Shown here: positions 1-12,516 of the stretch, piece by piece
How positions within the stretch are numbered: position 1 is the first letter of the stretch
Layout: the number at the start of each line of letters is the position of its first letter
Source: Lama guanicoe
Taxonomy: Eukaryota
Direction: 5' to 3'
Length of the DNA stretch: 64,000 nucleotides
Assembly (NCBI GenBank): GCA_013239625.1
Contig: MU054187.1
Span: 18,034,711-18,098,710, forward strand
Position numbers and translations under genes: made by a program
The notes under the pieces: model-generated
The model's input: the letters and a program-made list of their open reading frames with translations, nothing else
Databases searched by the model: none
What the model was told of the DNA's origin: nothing

Positions 1-38
1 ATATTCTGGAAATTAAGCCCTTGTCAGTCACATCATTG
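1..38 (-). mobile_element. L1 ORF2 fragment (runs off window edge)
   Basis: ATATTCTGGAAATTAAGCCCTTGTCAGTC resembles antisense of the L1 ORF2 3' region (DKGLISRIY motif). Confidence 0.6.
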
Positions 39-1446
39 TTTAGTATATTTTAAACAAATTTAGCAATCTACTTTTATTGGTGCTGTAAAGGGAATTTTTG
101 TTTTATTTTAAATTATATAATCTAAAATATATTAATAGGGTCATTGGAAAAATTTCTAAAGTCATCCAAGAAGGTATTTATTCCTAATAAAGAGAAGTTC
201 TTCATATGGAAAATAGTGAACTGTTGGAATGGAAATTACTAAATCCCCAAAGTAAATTATAACCTATCATTTGTTATTATTGTTATTGTTAAAATAGTCT
301 CAAATTCAAGCTTGACATTTCAAGTATTGGCTGTAATTTCAACCATGTGATTTCCACTACAGGCAATTAATTGAATTGATATTTCCCAAAATAATTCCTT
401 GGAAATGATCTAGTCTGACTTTTAAGGCCAGAGGTTGAGAAGATAATATATTATTTTTCTTTATTTCTTTGTCAAAGCAAGAGCTGTAGTAAAAGGGAAA
501 CGGTTTAATTTTTTTCCTTCAAAGATGGGAGGTAATTATTTGGAAGAAGAAGTGGAAGAAATATAATTATTAGTTATGATTAGTTTTTTTTCCTTTTCCC
601 ACCCATCTGTTTCTTTCATGTATCTATCCAAATCTAAAGAAACAAATTTCCCGTTAAGTAAGTACACATGAAGAAAGAGTAAAACAAGGTTTGGAAGCAG
701 CAGAGTCTTAGGCATTTAATACATGTCAGTCAATGCGTCCTGTAAAAAGAATCTGTACTTATTCCATACATTCAGAATTGATACATTTCTCTTATCCTGA
801 CATTTTATCTATTAGCTTCACCATCTTACCAATAGCCGTGGTACCTTTTTGCAACATTCTCCTGATATGTAATCACATAATGGTAACAACTTTTATTCAT
901 CTTTAAAGTAGGAACAAACAATTGCCACCTGTCATATAGGATGGTTGTGAGGGTCTAGAAAAGATTCAAAGGACTTCTGTAAACTACCCAGTAAGGAAAA
1001 TATTATTGCTCTATGTATTTATCAAATTTATCATCTTTTTTAAAGATGCTTTGGAATAATAATCAAGCAACCAATATAAGCACAGCTTGTCTAATGGCTT
1101 TTTATATTTATTTTGCTTACTCTCTGAAAAAGTCCAGTTGAATTATACTTCAAAATTCAATCATGTGAAAGACAGGGGGTAAAAAAGGAACTTTGGACAC
1201 TATGTTCCAAAGCAAATCATCTGTACTGATATAGACAATAAATGCTTCCTTCATAATGTCCTTGGCTGCTGTGGCAGAATGCCTGAAATTCTTCTCTACA
1301 TAATATGTAACTGATAGAAATATCTTTCTTTTTCTTATTCCTCTTTGTATGCATACCAATGAGAAAAAGTTATGTAATTTGGCAATGTCGAGGGTGAAAG
1401 GGTAAAGTAAAATATTAGACTCAAGAATTTTCTTTGTAATCTGGGA

Positions 1447-1470
1447 TGTGTGTGTGTGTGTGTGTGTGTG
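1447..1470. repeat. (TG)12 microsatellite
   Basis: Direct reading; explains the HTHTHT ORFs. Confidence 0.95.
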
Positions 1471-2479
1471 TACACGCACACACATATAATCTTTAGGATA
1501 CATATTTGAGACATGTTATAGTAGTATATAGACATATAATTTTTTTAGACCTTTGTTGTATTAATCCAGATTCATGCGATATCCCATATCTATATAAATG
1601 TTGTAAATATAGAATTATTTTGTGACTCCTGACATATCTGGGGCAAAGATCTAGAGAAATTGTGCAAGTAGGGTCCGTCTAAGGCCAAGTCTTCTGTAGA
1701 TGACAGTGCAGCTTTACCAGTAATTCCAGTTCCCAGTTTTACTTCATTTTCTATCAAAAGCCCCCAATATAAATAAGCCTCCTGCAGTGATAAAGCAAGA
1801 GTTATGAGTGCCAAAGAATTCAGAACCTTGTCACAGCTCTGTCACTAACATGCTGTGTGTCTGGTAGTAAATCACTTTTAAATATATAATCTTTTCCATA
1901 TTTGTCATGTCAAGGATGGAAGATTTGAACCTGAAAATATTCTCTAAATTTTAACACTTTTAATAATCTCTGATTAGATCTTGAATTTCTCTCTAGTTCT
2001 TAATTGAAGTATTTGTAATCTTCTTAAGGCTCAAGATATTCAACAATAGTTGTACCTGTTGTGCAATTTGTCTTCCAATTACTATGTAGCTTTAGGACAC
2101 CCTGAAGTCCAAAGACTTTCTCTGTAGTCCATGAGTAGCTGTAAAATTTCTGTAATTTCCCTCAGATTGTATTTCAAATGTTTTACATATGTGCTTTATT
2201 TTAGGGGGGAGGGTTTACACATTTCATCAGCCTTTCATTGGTGTGTATTGGAAGAGTTTTAGATTTTAGGTATCTAAACAGCTCAAACACAGCAATTTAA
2301 TGCTAGTGATACTGTCTATAAATGACATCATGAGCATGCGGAGAATTTTTTTCTTTTAATTCAAAGCTATTTGGAACTGTCCTTGGTTCTAGACTAGATT
2401 GCTAATGTGAGATAATACTGCATTAAGGCTCTATCTTTTCAAAATTCTACAAAATAACATTTATTATTTTAACCAATAG

Positions 2480-2950
2480 TTACTAGGTATCTTATATCTA
2501 GTAAACATTCTTCTAGATTACAGGGAGTCAATTTGAGAAACAGAAAGGCCAGTAGGGTTGGTTGGCAAACAGTGAGCAAGGAAAAGACTGGTACACGATG
2601 AGGTCAGAGAGAGAGGCAAAAGTCAAAGAAGACTTTTTGGGAAGTAACTTGGATTTTATTCCCTTGGCAGTAGAGAACCACTGGAGGGTTTTAAGAAAGG
2701 AGATTCTTAGATATTATTAATATTTTTAAGAGATAACTCTGCCTACTAGGGAGAATACATTTTATATAACCAAATATGGGGACAGAGAAAATATTTAGGA
2801 AGCAAACATAATAGTTCAGTCAACAGATGCTGTGGCTTGGTCTAAGTGACTAGAAGAGGAGATGGAGTGACAGTATATGAATATATCAGATCTATTTTTG
2901 AAGTAGAATAAATAGAGCTTGCTGATTGGTTAAAGATAGGAGCTTAACTG
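2480..2950 (-). mobile_element. L2 relic
   Basis: Purine-rich GAAAGGCCAG...GATGAGGTCAGAGAG...CCACTGGAGGGTTTTAAG pattern typical of antisense L2. Confidence 0.65.
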
Positions 2951-3137
2951 GACTAACAGGGTATTAACAGCATTTTTACTTGGTTTATATGAAAATCCAT
3001 GAAAATCAGGGATTTAGCTCTGAAATTAGAAAAGTCAACTTTTTCAGCAACTTCTACACAAGGTAACAGAAATTGAAATTAGATTTGAGTCCCTCCAACA
3101 ATTACATAGAAAAGAACTTGTTTTCATGGTTTTATTA

Positions 3138-3388
3138 AAACCTGAGGGTCTCTGAAATTCTTTCAAGGGATCCACAAAAAATTATTTTCATCATAATGCT
3201 AAGGTTTTCTTTGCCTTTTTAACTGTATTGATATTTGTACTGATAGTACAAAAGCACTGGGGAATAAAATTACTGGTGTCTTACCTCAAATCAAGTTAGT
3301 GGCAACAAGATATATTTGTAATCATTGTATTCTTCACCATCAAATACTTACAATAAGAAATGCAAGTTTTATTTAAGAATATCATTCA
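3138..3388 (+). mobile_element. hAT-Charlie (Charlie1a-like) DNA transposon fragment
   Basis: TATTTTCATCATAATGCTAAG...GATATTTGTACTGATAGTACAAAAGCA...CATTGTATTCTTCACCA resembles recalled Charlie1 consensus. Confidence 0.75.
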
Positions 3389-5905
3389 GGAAATCAACTG
3401 CAAGGAAAAAAATGCAAAAAACACAAACACTTGGAGCTTAAACAATATGCTACTAAACAAGCAATGGATTACTGAAGAAATTAAAGAAGAAAATTTTCAA
3501 AACCTGTAGAAAAGTGAAAACACAACAATCCAAAATGTAAGATGCAGAAAAAGCAGTTCTAAGAATGAAGTTTATAGTGATACAAGCCTACCTCAGAAAA
3601 GAAGAAAAATCTTGTATAAATAACTTAACCTTACACCTAAAGGAAGTAGTAAAAAAAAAAAAGAATAAATGAAACACAAAGTCAGTAGAAGGAAAGAAAT
3701 CTTGATTAGAGCAGAAATAAATGAAATAAAGACTTCAAATAGAAAAATCAATGAAACTAAGAGTTGGTTCTTTGAAAGGATAAATAAAATTGATAAACTT
3801 TTAGCCAAGCTCATCAAGAAAAAAAGAGAGAGGGCCCAAATAAATAAAATCAGAAGTGAAAAAGGAGAAGTTACAACTGACACCACAGAAATGCAAAGGA
3901 TCATAAGAAATTACTACAATTATATGCCAACAATATTGGCCACTAAGAAGAAGTGGATAAATTCGTAGAAACGTGCAATCTCCCAAGACTGAACCAGGAA
4001 GAAATAGAAAATATAAACAGACCAACTACCAGTAATGAAATCAAATCAGTAATTTTAAAACTCCCAATAAAAAAGGTCCAGGACCAGACAGCTTCACAGG
4101 TAAATAATGCCAAAAATATAGAGAAGAGTTAACACCTATCCTTCTCAAAGTATTCCTAAAACTTGCAGAGGAAAGAACACTCTGAACTCATTCTAAGAGG
4201 CCAGCATTGCCCTGATACCAAAACCAGACAAAGACACCACAAAATAGAAAATTACGAGCCTATAAATTTTTATAGAAACACAAAAGACACAAAATAGCCA
4301 AAACAATCTTGAGAGAGAAGAACAAACCAGAGGTATCATGCTCTTTGATTTCAAACTACATTACAAAGCTACAGTTATCAAGATAGTATGGTACTGTCAC
4401 AAAAACTGACACATACATGAATGGAAAAGAACAGAGAACCCAGAAATAAATCCACATATATATGGGCAACTAATCTACAACATGCAAGCAAGAATATACA
4501 ACGGTGAAAAGATACCTTCTTCAATAAATTGTGTTGGGAAAGCTAGACGACTACATGCAAAAGAATCAAACTAGACTACTCTCTCACACCATGCACACAT
4601 CATACACAAAAGTTTAATTTATTTATTAAAGATTTAAATGTGAGAGTCAAAACCATAAAACTTCTACAGGAAAACATAGGCATTACACTCTTTGACATTG
4701 GTCTTAATAATTTTTTTTGGATATTTCTCCTCAGGTAAAGGAAACAAAAACAAAAATAAACAAATGGGACAACATCAAACTAAAATACTTTTCCACAGCA
4801 AAGGAAACTGTCAACAAAACAAAAGGTCACCTGTTGAATGGGAGAGGATATTTGCAAATGATATATACAAAGAGCTTATACAATTCCACATAAAATTAAA
4901 ACAAACAAGTATCTAAATAGACATTTTTCCAGAGAAGACATACAGATGGCCAACAGGCATATGAAAAGGTGCTCAACGTCCCTAATCATTAGGGAAATGC
5001 AAATCAAAACCACAAAGAGACATCACTTCAACCCTGTGAGAATGGCCATTATCAAAATCACAACAAATAGCAAGTGTTGATGAGGATGTGGAGATAAGAA
5101 AACTTTTGTGCACTGTTGGTGGGAATGTTCATAGGTGCAGCCACTATGGAAAACGTTATGGCAATTCCTAAAAAAAATTAAAAATAGAACTACAGTACCA
5201 TCCAGAATTCCATTCCTGGGTATATACCCAAAGAATGCTAATTCAAAAAGATACATGCATCTCATCTCCATTGTAGCATTACTTACAAGTCAAGATATGG
5301 AAGCAACGTAAATGCCATCAATAAATGAATGAATAAAGAAGCTGTGATCCATACACACAATGAAATATTACTCAACCATAAAAGAGGATGAAATCTTGCC
5401 ATTTGTGACAATGTGGATAGGCCTGGAGGGGATTATGCTGAATGAAATAAGTCAGAGAAAGACAAATACTGTATCATTTCACTTATATATGGAATCTAAA
5501 AAAACAAAACAAATGATCAAACTTAACAAAACAGAGATACAGGCAACAAAGAGTTGGTTGCCAGAAGGGTGGTTGGGAGGGGGAGGAAAGAAATAGGTGA
5601 GGGAGATTAGGAGGTACAAATTTTCACTTGCCAAATAAATGTCATGGGTATGAAATGTGCAGTTAGGGAATATAGTCAATAACTATGTAATATCTTTGTA
5701 TGGTGACAGTATATAACTAGACTCATCATGGGGATCATTTTGAACTACACAGAAATATCAAATCACTGTGTTGTACAACAGAACCTAACATAATATCAGA
5801 GGTGAATTATATTTCAAAAACGAACAAGCAAACTCATAGGAAAAGAGATCAGATTTGTGGTTACCAGAGGGGGAGGGGGAGGGCGAGGGAATTAGATCAA
5901 GGCAG
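3389..5905 (+). mobile_element. L1, 5'-truncated, decayed ORF2 with RT domain deleted, 3' UTR lacking poly(A)
   Basis: ORF 3669-3968 ([37 protein letters not shown]) is L1 ORF2 linker; downstream ORF2 C-terminal and 3' UTR sequence; many stops and frameshifts. Confidence 0.95.
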
Positions 5906-6089
5906 ACTGATTCATTAATGATTTCCATCAAGACCACAAAAATAAATATACATATTTATTTAAACTCTGATAACTGCTAGGAGTTGAAACGCTGAACACT
6001 ACGCATGCATGTAACTGGAGACGTGATTTAGTCCAGGAAGGTTCAGGTAAAATCTAAAGGGTGACTGTGTAGGACCCAGTAGCCTTCCA

Positions 6090-6300
6090 AGCAGAGGGGG
6101 GAGGCTGTGAGTTGGTAGGCAAGATGTTATTCCAGGAAACTGAAAGAAGGCCAGTGTGGCTGAGGTACAGAGAGAGGTGGAAAGAAGAATGTAAGATGAA
6201 GAGGCAGACGTTGGCAGGCACCAGATCGTGCAGGGCTCTATAGCCATGTTATGGGTTCAGGTCTTTATCCCAATAATAATAGGAAGCCTTGAAGTGTTTA
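6090..6300 (-). mobile_element. L2 relic
   Basis: GAAGGCCAGTGTGGCTGAGG...CCAGATCGTGCAGGGCTCTATAGCCATG. Confidence 0.75.
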
Positions 6301-7379
6301 ATATATAAGCAGAACAAGTAAATATAGACAGACAAGATAGAGTGCGTAAAATTATTTCCAAAAATTTTAAGCAATAAAAGTCTTCAATTTTTTTTTCCAA
6401 TTTTGAATTGGATTGTTTATTACTCCACTATTGTAATCCAGGCTAACCCTAGAGAAATTAGGCAAAGCATGTGGAAAAAGGCCTTCATGTAAACATTTAT
6501 TGAACAAATATGTTAACAAACATAGCTTTAGCACTTTCCAGTGACCCTGGGTTCATAAAAAGTGCAGGGGCTCAGGATAAAAGGGTGAGTAAGACCGACA
6601 GAGCTCCTGCGTTCCGGGAGCTCACAGGATAAAAGGAAAACGAGGGGGAAATTCTTGTGAATTCATGAACTCTTAGTGACAAGTGTGTATGATCAAAGCT
6701 AACTGACGTACTGGACAATCTTATCTGGACAGAATAGGTAACCTGGATACAGGAGCCAACCTGACCTAATTGCATTTGTTTTCAAAACATATCCGTTTGA
6801 CCACATTGGCCTTGGATTCAGGCATTTGTCAACCACCATGTTGGAGGTTATCAATTATTAGGCTAATTCGTGTTAGCACATCGATCAGAGAAGTAATACG
6901 TCACATCAAATTCACCTTGAACCTTGATGCAAATGTTGCCATGGCTCCAACCTAAGAAGACTTGTCCTACCTTGGTACAGAGAGTGAGAGTTAAAAGAAA
7001 AATTTCGTTTCATTCTTTCTCCCCAGGACAATCTGAGCTTTGAGTCGGTTTCATGTACACTGAAGCACAAAAGACACGTGGTCTCTAAGTGTCTCATCGC
7101 TGTTTATATTGAAACAGTGACAAAACCTGGAGGATAGAAATGTCAAAGATGAACTTGAAAAAAAAAAAAAGGAAAAGATAAACCCGGATGGTCAAGCCTT
7201 AGTGACCACCAGAGACTAATTTCACATATGGAAGTAAAAGGTGTTTCTATATTAAATATTCCTCATTTTGGAGATTCAGTCTTGTTGCAATTGCACAATT
7301 GTATACTTGTGGCCAAATAAAACCTTGGCTGACTGTTATATTTCATAATGCTAGTGATAGCCCTTCTACTAATATTGGT

Positions 7380-7560
7380 CATAGCATTTGTCATTTGTCA
7401 AGTGCTCATTATATATTAGGAACTTCAGACATTAGTTTTAATCCTTATGATAATCTCAACAGAGTTGACGTTACAATTGCTGCTTTTTTAGTGGAAGCAA
7501 TCAACAGGACAGAAGAGAAGGCTAGAATTTGAATACAGAACTACACAACTTTCAAAATTG
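7380..7560 (-). mobile_element. MIR relic
   Basis: TTTAATCCTTATGATAATCTC...GGCTAGAATTTGAATACAG. Confidence 0.5.
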
Positions 7561-7593
7561 TGCCTTTTGTATTTTCAAAAAAAGACTTAGTCT

Positions 7594-7653
7594 GGAAATT
7601 GACACATTGTAAATTGACTATAACTCAATAAAATAAAATTTTGAAAAAAGACA
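7594..7653 (+). mobile_element. Ultra-short 5'-truncated L1 3' terminus with TSD
   Basis: GAAATTGACACATTGTAAATTGACTATAACTCAATAAAA plus A-rich tail; flanked by AAAAAAAGACTTAGTCT / AAAAAAAGAC--AGTCT. Confidence 0.8.
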
Positions 7654-7774
7654 AAAAAAAGACAGTCTAAGTGAAGAGGATGTTGTTAAAATGGAAGCAG
7701 ACATTTCATACAATGTTTCCACTTTCTGTAAAGTCGCCTTCTACACTTGCTCATGAGGATGCCTCGTTTGCCTG

Positions 7775-8228
7775 TGTGATAGATTGAAAAGATGGTCCAA
7801 ATGTATTCACTCCCCCTATATCCACACCCTTTTCCATATTTTTTTGCAGTGTTTTCTCACTATGAGCAAGGGAACATCCTCTGCTCTTTGACATTCAATC
7901 ATGAGTCTCATACAAGCTGAGACTTCTAACAGCCTTGCTCTTTGGGCTTGCTCACTCTTAGGGCCTTTGTTTTCATCATGAGAACAGCTCCGGCTGGTCT
8001 GCTGGAGGGTGAAAGACTGTGGAGCACAGCTGAGTCACCACCGTTGCTCCAACCCCTAGATATGTGAGTGTACCCAGTCGAGATCAGCAAAGCTGCCTAA
8101 CTGGCAACCAACACACAAAAGATTTGTAGGCAATGAATTCAATGTTGTGTGTCACTGCGGTTTTGTGATTGTTTCTAACATAGTATTAAAGTAATGAAGC
8201 ATTATTGTGGCAATCAATAACTAAAACA
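7775..8228 (+). mobile_element. MaLR solo LTR (MLT1G/H-like)
   Basis: TGTGATAGATTG...AAGATGGTCCAAA start; GCATTATTGTGGCAATCAATAACTAAAACA end. Confidence 0.8.
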
Positions 8229-8394
8229 TCTAAAGTCAATTTGTGTAGAAAGAGGACTATATCCTTAGAAGTCATCCTTAGCATCATCTCTAGATTCAGC
8301 GATTCATGCATGTGATTGCCTTAAAGGTATGTCTCCCAGCATCATGGCTATGTCCTCTGAGCAAACCTCACTAAGTCCAGACTCAGATTTTGAA

Positions 8395-9348
8395 CCCATC
8401 TGAGCAAAATCTACATTTGGATGCCTAACTGTACAGCTCTAATTTAACATGCTCAAATCAGAACCCTTGTTTCCCCCACTCTTTTCTCAGTTTTCTACAT
8501 TTCAGTAAAATGTCACCATCATTAACCCATTGACTGAGGACAGTCCTCTACGAGTCACTTTCAACTCCTTTTGTACACAATCTGTGATCAAAACATTAGT
8601 AAGTCCTATTGGCTCTGTCTTTGATACACAATCCTCTCCTCTGCTGTCTTCTCTCACCTAGAGGACAGCACTAGAATCCTAATTGGTATCCTAGCCTCCA
8701 CTTTTGTCTTGATACAGTTAATTATCCTCACCACAAATAGATCAATTTTATTTAAGCTGTAAATTAGATCATATTACTTTACTGCTCAAAGCCCTTCATG
8801 GTCAGAATAAAATTCAATGTCCTTAGTGTGGCCTGTGAGACACCACATGACCTCTTCCATCAATCCCCCTCCGTCTCTTCTTCTGTATCACTTACATCAC
8901 TTACTGACCTGACTGCCTTGCTTAGCTGTCAGGAGTCAGGATGCTGGCATTCTTGCTATATGTCAAGTGTATACACATCAAACTTGTTCTCACTTCTCAG
9001 GGCATTTACATTTGCAGTTTCCTCTTCCTAGAAAAAAAGAAAAAAACACTCAGATATTTGCCTCACTCATTCACTTAACTTCAATCAGGTCTCTGTTCAG
9101 AAGCACCTACTACTGAGAAGCATCCTCTGACGACTTTAATTAAAGTAACTACTCCTACCACATACACAGCATCTCCATTACTTTCAATTCCATTGCTTGT
9201 TTTTTCAACCTTCATACTCCATATTTCACTAAAATGTAAGCATTGTGAAGTCAGGGATTTTGTCTTGTTCAGGACAGTAGCTCCCAGGCCTAAAATAATG
9301 CACCTCTCATTACAGTTAATAAATAATAGATGAACAAATGAATGAATG
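8395..9348 (+). mobile_element. L2 3' region
   Basis: Pyrimidine-rich L2 body ending in AAATGAATGAATG. Confidence 0.8.
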
Positions 9349-10954
9349 TGTAAATATAGACATTGCCCCAGTAGCTGCTACAACCCTCTCCATAAGAGAT
9401 GCTCATCATGTCTGAGAAGGATCTGTGTCTTGGTTAATTGTGACGGGCTAGTCTAGCTCTTTTCTATGGCAACAGAACCAATACAAGGAACAAATGAAAA
9501 ATGAAAATAAAATAAACAATTAGCTCCAATGGCACCTAGGTTAATTGTGTCTTCATGTCAGGGGCACTGGAAATTAGAGTCTGCCTTTGCAGGGCATGAA
9601 CCTACACACAATAGGAGTTACAGATTCAAAGCTATGGTTCTGTTTGAAGGTTTCCATGGGAACAACACAATTCTGTGTTCTGTTTAGAAGCTGAAAATAT
9701 GTGGTGGCGAGAAGGCACTGCTATAACACACCACGTGAGGATGATTCAAAAGATGAAACTCTATAAAAATAAATGATCAGAGAAGAATGTAGACCAGTAA
9801 ATCAACAACCACATTATTAAAAACAGAGGATATGTAAGTGGCCACATATGGTCACACTGTAACAAGGCAAGAGTCATTGTACTCTTTAAGTCAGTTACAC
9901 ATTTAACCTGCACCGTGATGACTCAGCGGAGGGAGCAACTCCTTCCGCTATGCCAACAGCCTTGTGGAAATGAAATCCTTCCTATATTCATACTTTCCAT
10001 GGCATTTAATTAGCTGATAAGAAAATGGCTTACCAATGAGAACAGGTCCCTAAAATAAAACCATCCTAATGAATCACCACCATCACATTTCCTTATAGGT
10101 AGAGCGGGCTTTGGAGATAATAAACTCTAAGGATGTAGAGATTTAGAGGACAGGTAACCATTCAGATGGAATAAAATTACTGTGCACTTGAACTTCAATT
10201 AGTTGCTTCATCTTCTCAGGGTTTAAAAAAGAAAGAAAGAAAACAAAGCTTAGACCTTTGGCAGATCACCACGTGATTTGAGAAAGAAAATGCTAGTATA
10301 TATACCTACAAAAGATCTTCATAAAAATTTTATGATTTCTGTAAGTTACCACAATTTGGGAGACTTCTGGTAAGGCTCAAAGAAGATTCAGAGAACCATA
10401 AAAAAATGCTCCTATAAATCTGCTGTTTGACCAGGATGTTCGCTGGCCCACAAATATTTTACAGCCTTTTCTGAGGCTTACCAATATTTCAGAAACAAAG
10501 TACTGCTGACAGTAAAAGATGAAAATACTATCTTCCTTTTAAAATTTTTTCTTGAGCTTTGGCTTGTCTAAAAGTAGATTTTTCTGTCTCCTTTGGATGA
10601 GTAAGTTGATGCTAATTTGCATGGCTGGGTCACATAAAAATAGCTGATAATTATTGAATACCCTCAATCAGTATTTCACTACCTTGCTCTATGCATCATT
10701 TTCACCCTTCTTTGTAAATTTTTTCTTTATTCTAGGTAACATGGCAGACAATGACAATAACCAACTCCTGAGCTTTACAAGTTATAGTATAGTTACTCAT
10801 GGATATTATGTTTACTTTGTCTTAGGTATAGTTCTAAATTATTGAGAAAGGGGCTAGATGGACGAGTGTAGGTTTAATAACAAACTCTGAAATTGCTACT
10901 TTGTCACCAGAATGGAGAAACAAAATTTAAGGAAAAGGGCTGGCTTCACCTTCA

Positions 10955-12200
10955 GATTTTATCCAGATTCTGACCAATTCTTACCACCTTCACTGCCATC
11001 TCTATGAAAATTACAATGACCTCCTAACCAGTCTCTATTATTTCACAAGTGCCATCCTATGTCTGTTCTCAGCCAGTGATTAAATACGTTAGGTCAAATT
11101 ACTCCTCTAAACCCTCCACTGCCTTCCCATCGCACTCTGAATAAAAGTCATATTTCGACAATTACCTACAAAGTTCAAGAAAACCCTTCCATACGATAGT
11201 CACGATCTCTCCCTTTCCCCATTCCATTCCTGGTATCGATCTGATCTGACTTTATCCTATTCTACTGCTCTCTTTGCCTCACTACTCTGATCCAGCCACA
11301 CTACCTGCTGTTTCTCAAATTTGCCAAATGCACTCCCACTTCAAAGTATATGCATTTGCTGTTCTGTTTATCTGGGATTCTGTTCCCTCAAAAAGTCTTA
11401 GAGTTGCCTCCTATGGTTCTTTCAAATATTTAATCTGATGTCACCTTCAAAAGGAGTCTTTCTCTAGCCATTCTATTTAAAAATTAAATAGAGTCTGTGA
11501 TAGGTAGGTAGACATTTTAGGAGGTTCCCCTGATCTCCACCTCCTGGTTGGTATTCACAATCTTGTATAACCCCTTCCCCTTGAGTGTGGGAGAGACCTA
11601 AGATTTGCCTTTAACCAGCAGACTGTGGAAAATATGACAGGATATCACCATCATTATTGTGTTACATTGTATAAGACTCTGTCTTGCTAGCTGACTCATT
11701 TTATAATCACTCTTCCCATTACTGACTTTGAAGATGGAAACTGTCATGATACAATAAAATTAATCTTGCCAATAGTGTGAAAGAGCTTGGAAGCAGATTC
11801 TGCCCCATTTGAGCCTTCAGATGAGAATGTAGCGTTGGTGGACACCTGAATTGTGATCCTGTGAAACTAAAGCAGAGAACTTAACTAAGCCATGCCTGAA
11901 ATCCTGACTCGTGAAAACAATAAGATAATCAATGTTTTAAGGCACTAAGTTTGTAGTAATATATTACAGGGCATAGAAAATAATTACTGCCTCCCAGCAT
12001 TCTGGGGACTCCATATTCCCAAGTCCTGTTACATTTTTCTTTATACACTTGTCACCTTCTTACAGCCTATACATTTATTTATTTACTTACTGGGTTTCTT
12101 CCCAGTAGAATGCAAGTTCCGTGAGAGCAGAATTTTTGTCTACATGATTAGAAGAGTACCTGGTACATAGTAAGCACTCAATAAAACATTTTTGAATGAT
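10955..12200 (+). mobile_element. L2 3' region interrupted by an MLT1 LTR
   Basis: L2 body both sides of the LTR; ends TACCTGGTACATAGTAAGCACTCAATAAA...TGAATG. Confidence 0.75.
11496..11987 (+). mobile_element. MaLR solo LTR (MLT1E-like)
   Basis: CCCCTTGAGTGTGGG...TATAAGACTCTGTCTTGCTAGC...CACTAAGTTTGTAGTAAT...CATAGAAAATAATTAC. Confidence 0.85.
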
Positions 12201-12431
12201 GGTTGTCCACTACATTTTACAAGCTAGATGAATGTTGGAATTGAATTCACAATCAATTCAGACACACACACACACACACTCCACACAGAACACCTAGTTG
12301 AACTTTACCAAAAGACTCGTTTTTATTTTATACCAAATGCATGATTTGAATGAGCTTTTCTCTTTTAGCTGATAGTTTTGACATCTTGAAGAAGCAGCTT
12401 CCATTTCTGCTTGAAATAAAATCCACATAAC

Positions 12432-12516
12432 AGAAGGTAATAGCTCAGTGAAAGTGTATGTGCTTAGCTTACATGAAGTCTTGGGTTCAACCCTCAGTAC
12501 CTCCATTAAAAAAAGA
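12432..12516 (+). mobile_element. tRNA-Ala-derived SINE (camelid Vic-1-like), short form
   Basis: A-box TAGCTCAGTG, B-box GGTTCAACCC, A tail; TSD-like AATCCACATAA / AATTCACATAA. Confidence 0.85.

Noticed and set aside
3669..3968. Protein-coding gene
   Set aside because: Decayed L1 ORF2 segment surrounded by stops and frameshifts; the same applies to 15464-15847 and 55844-56092.
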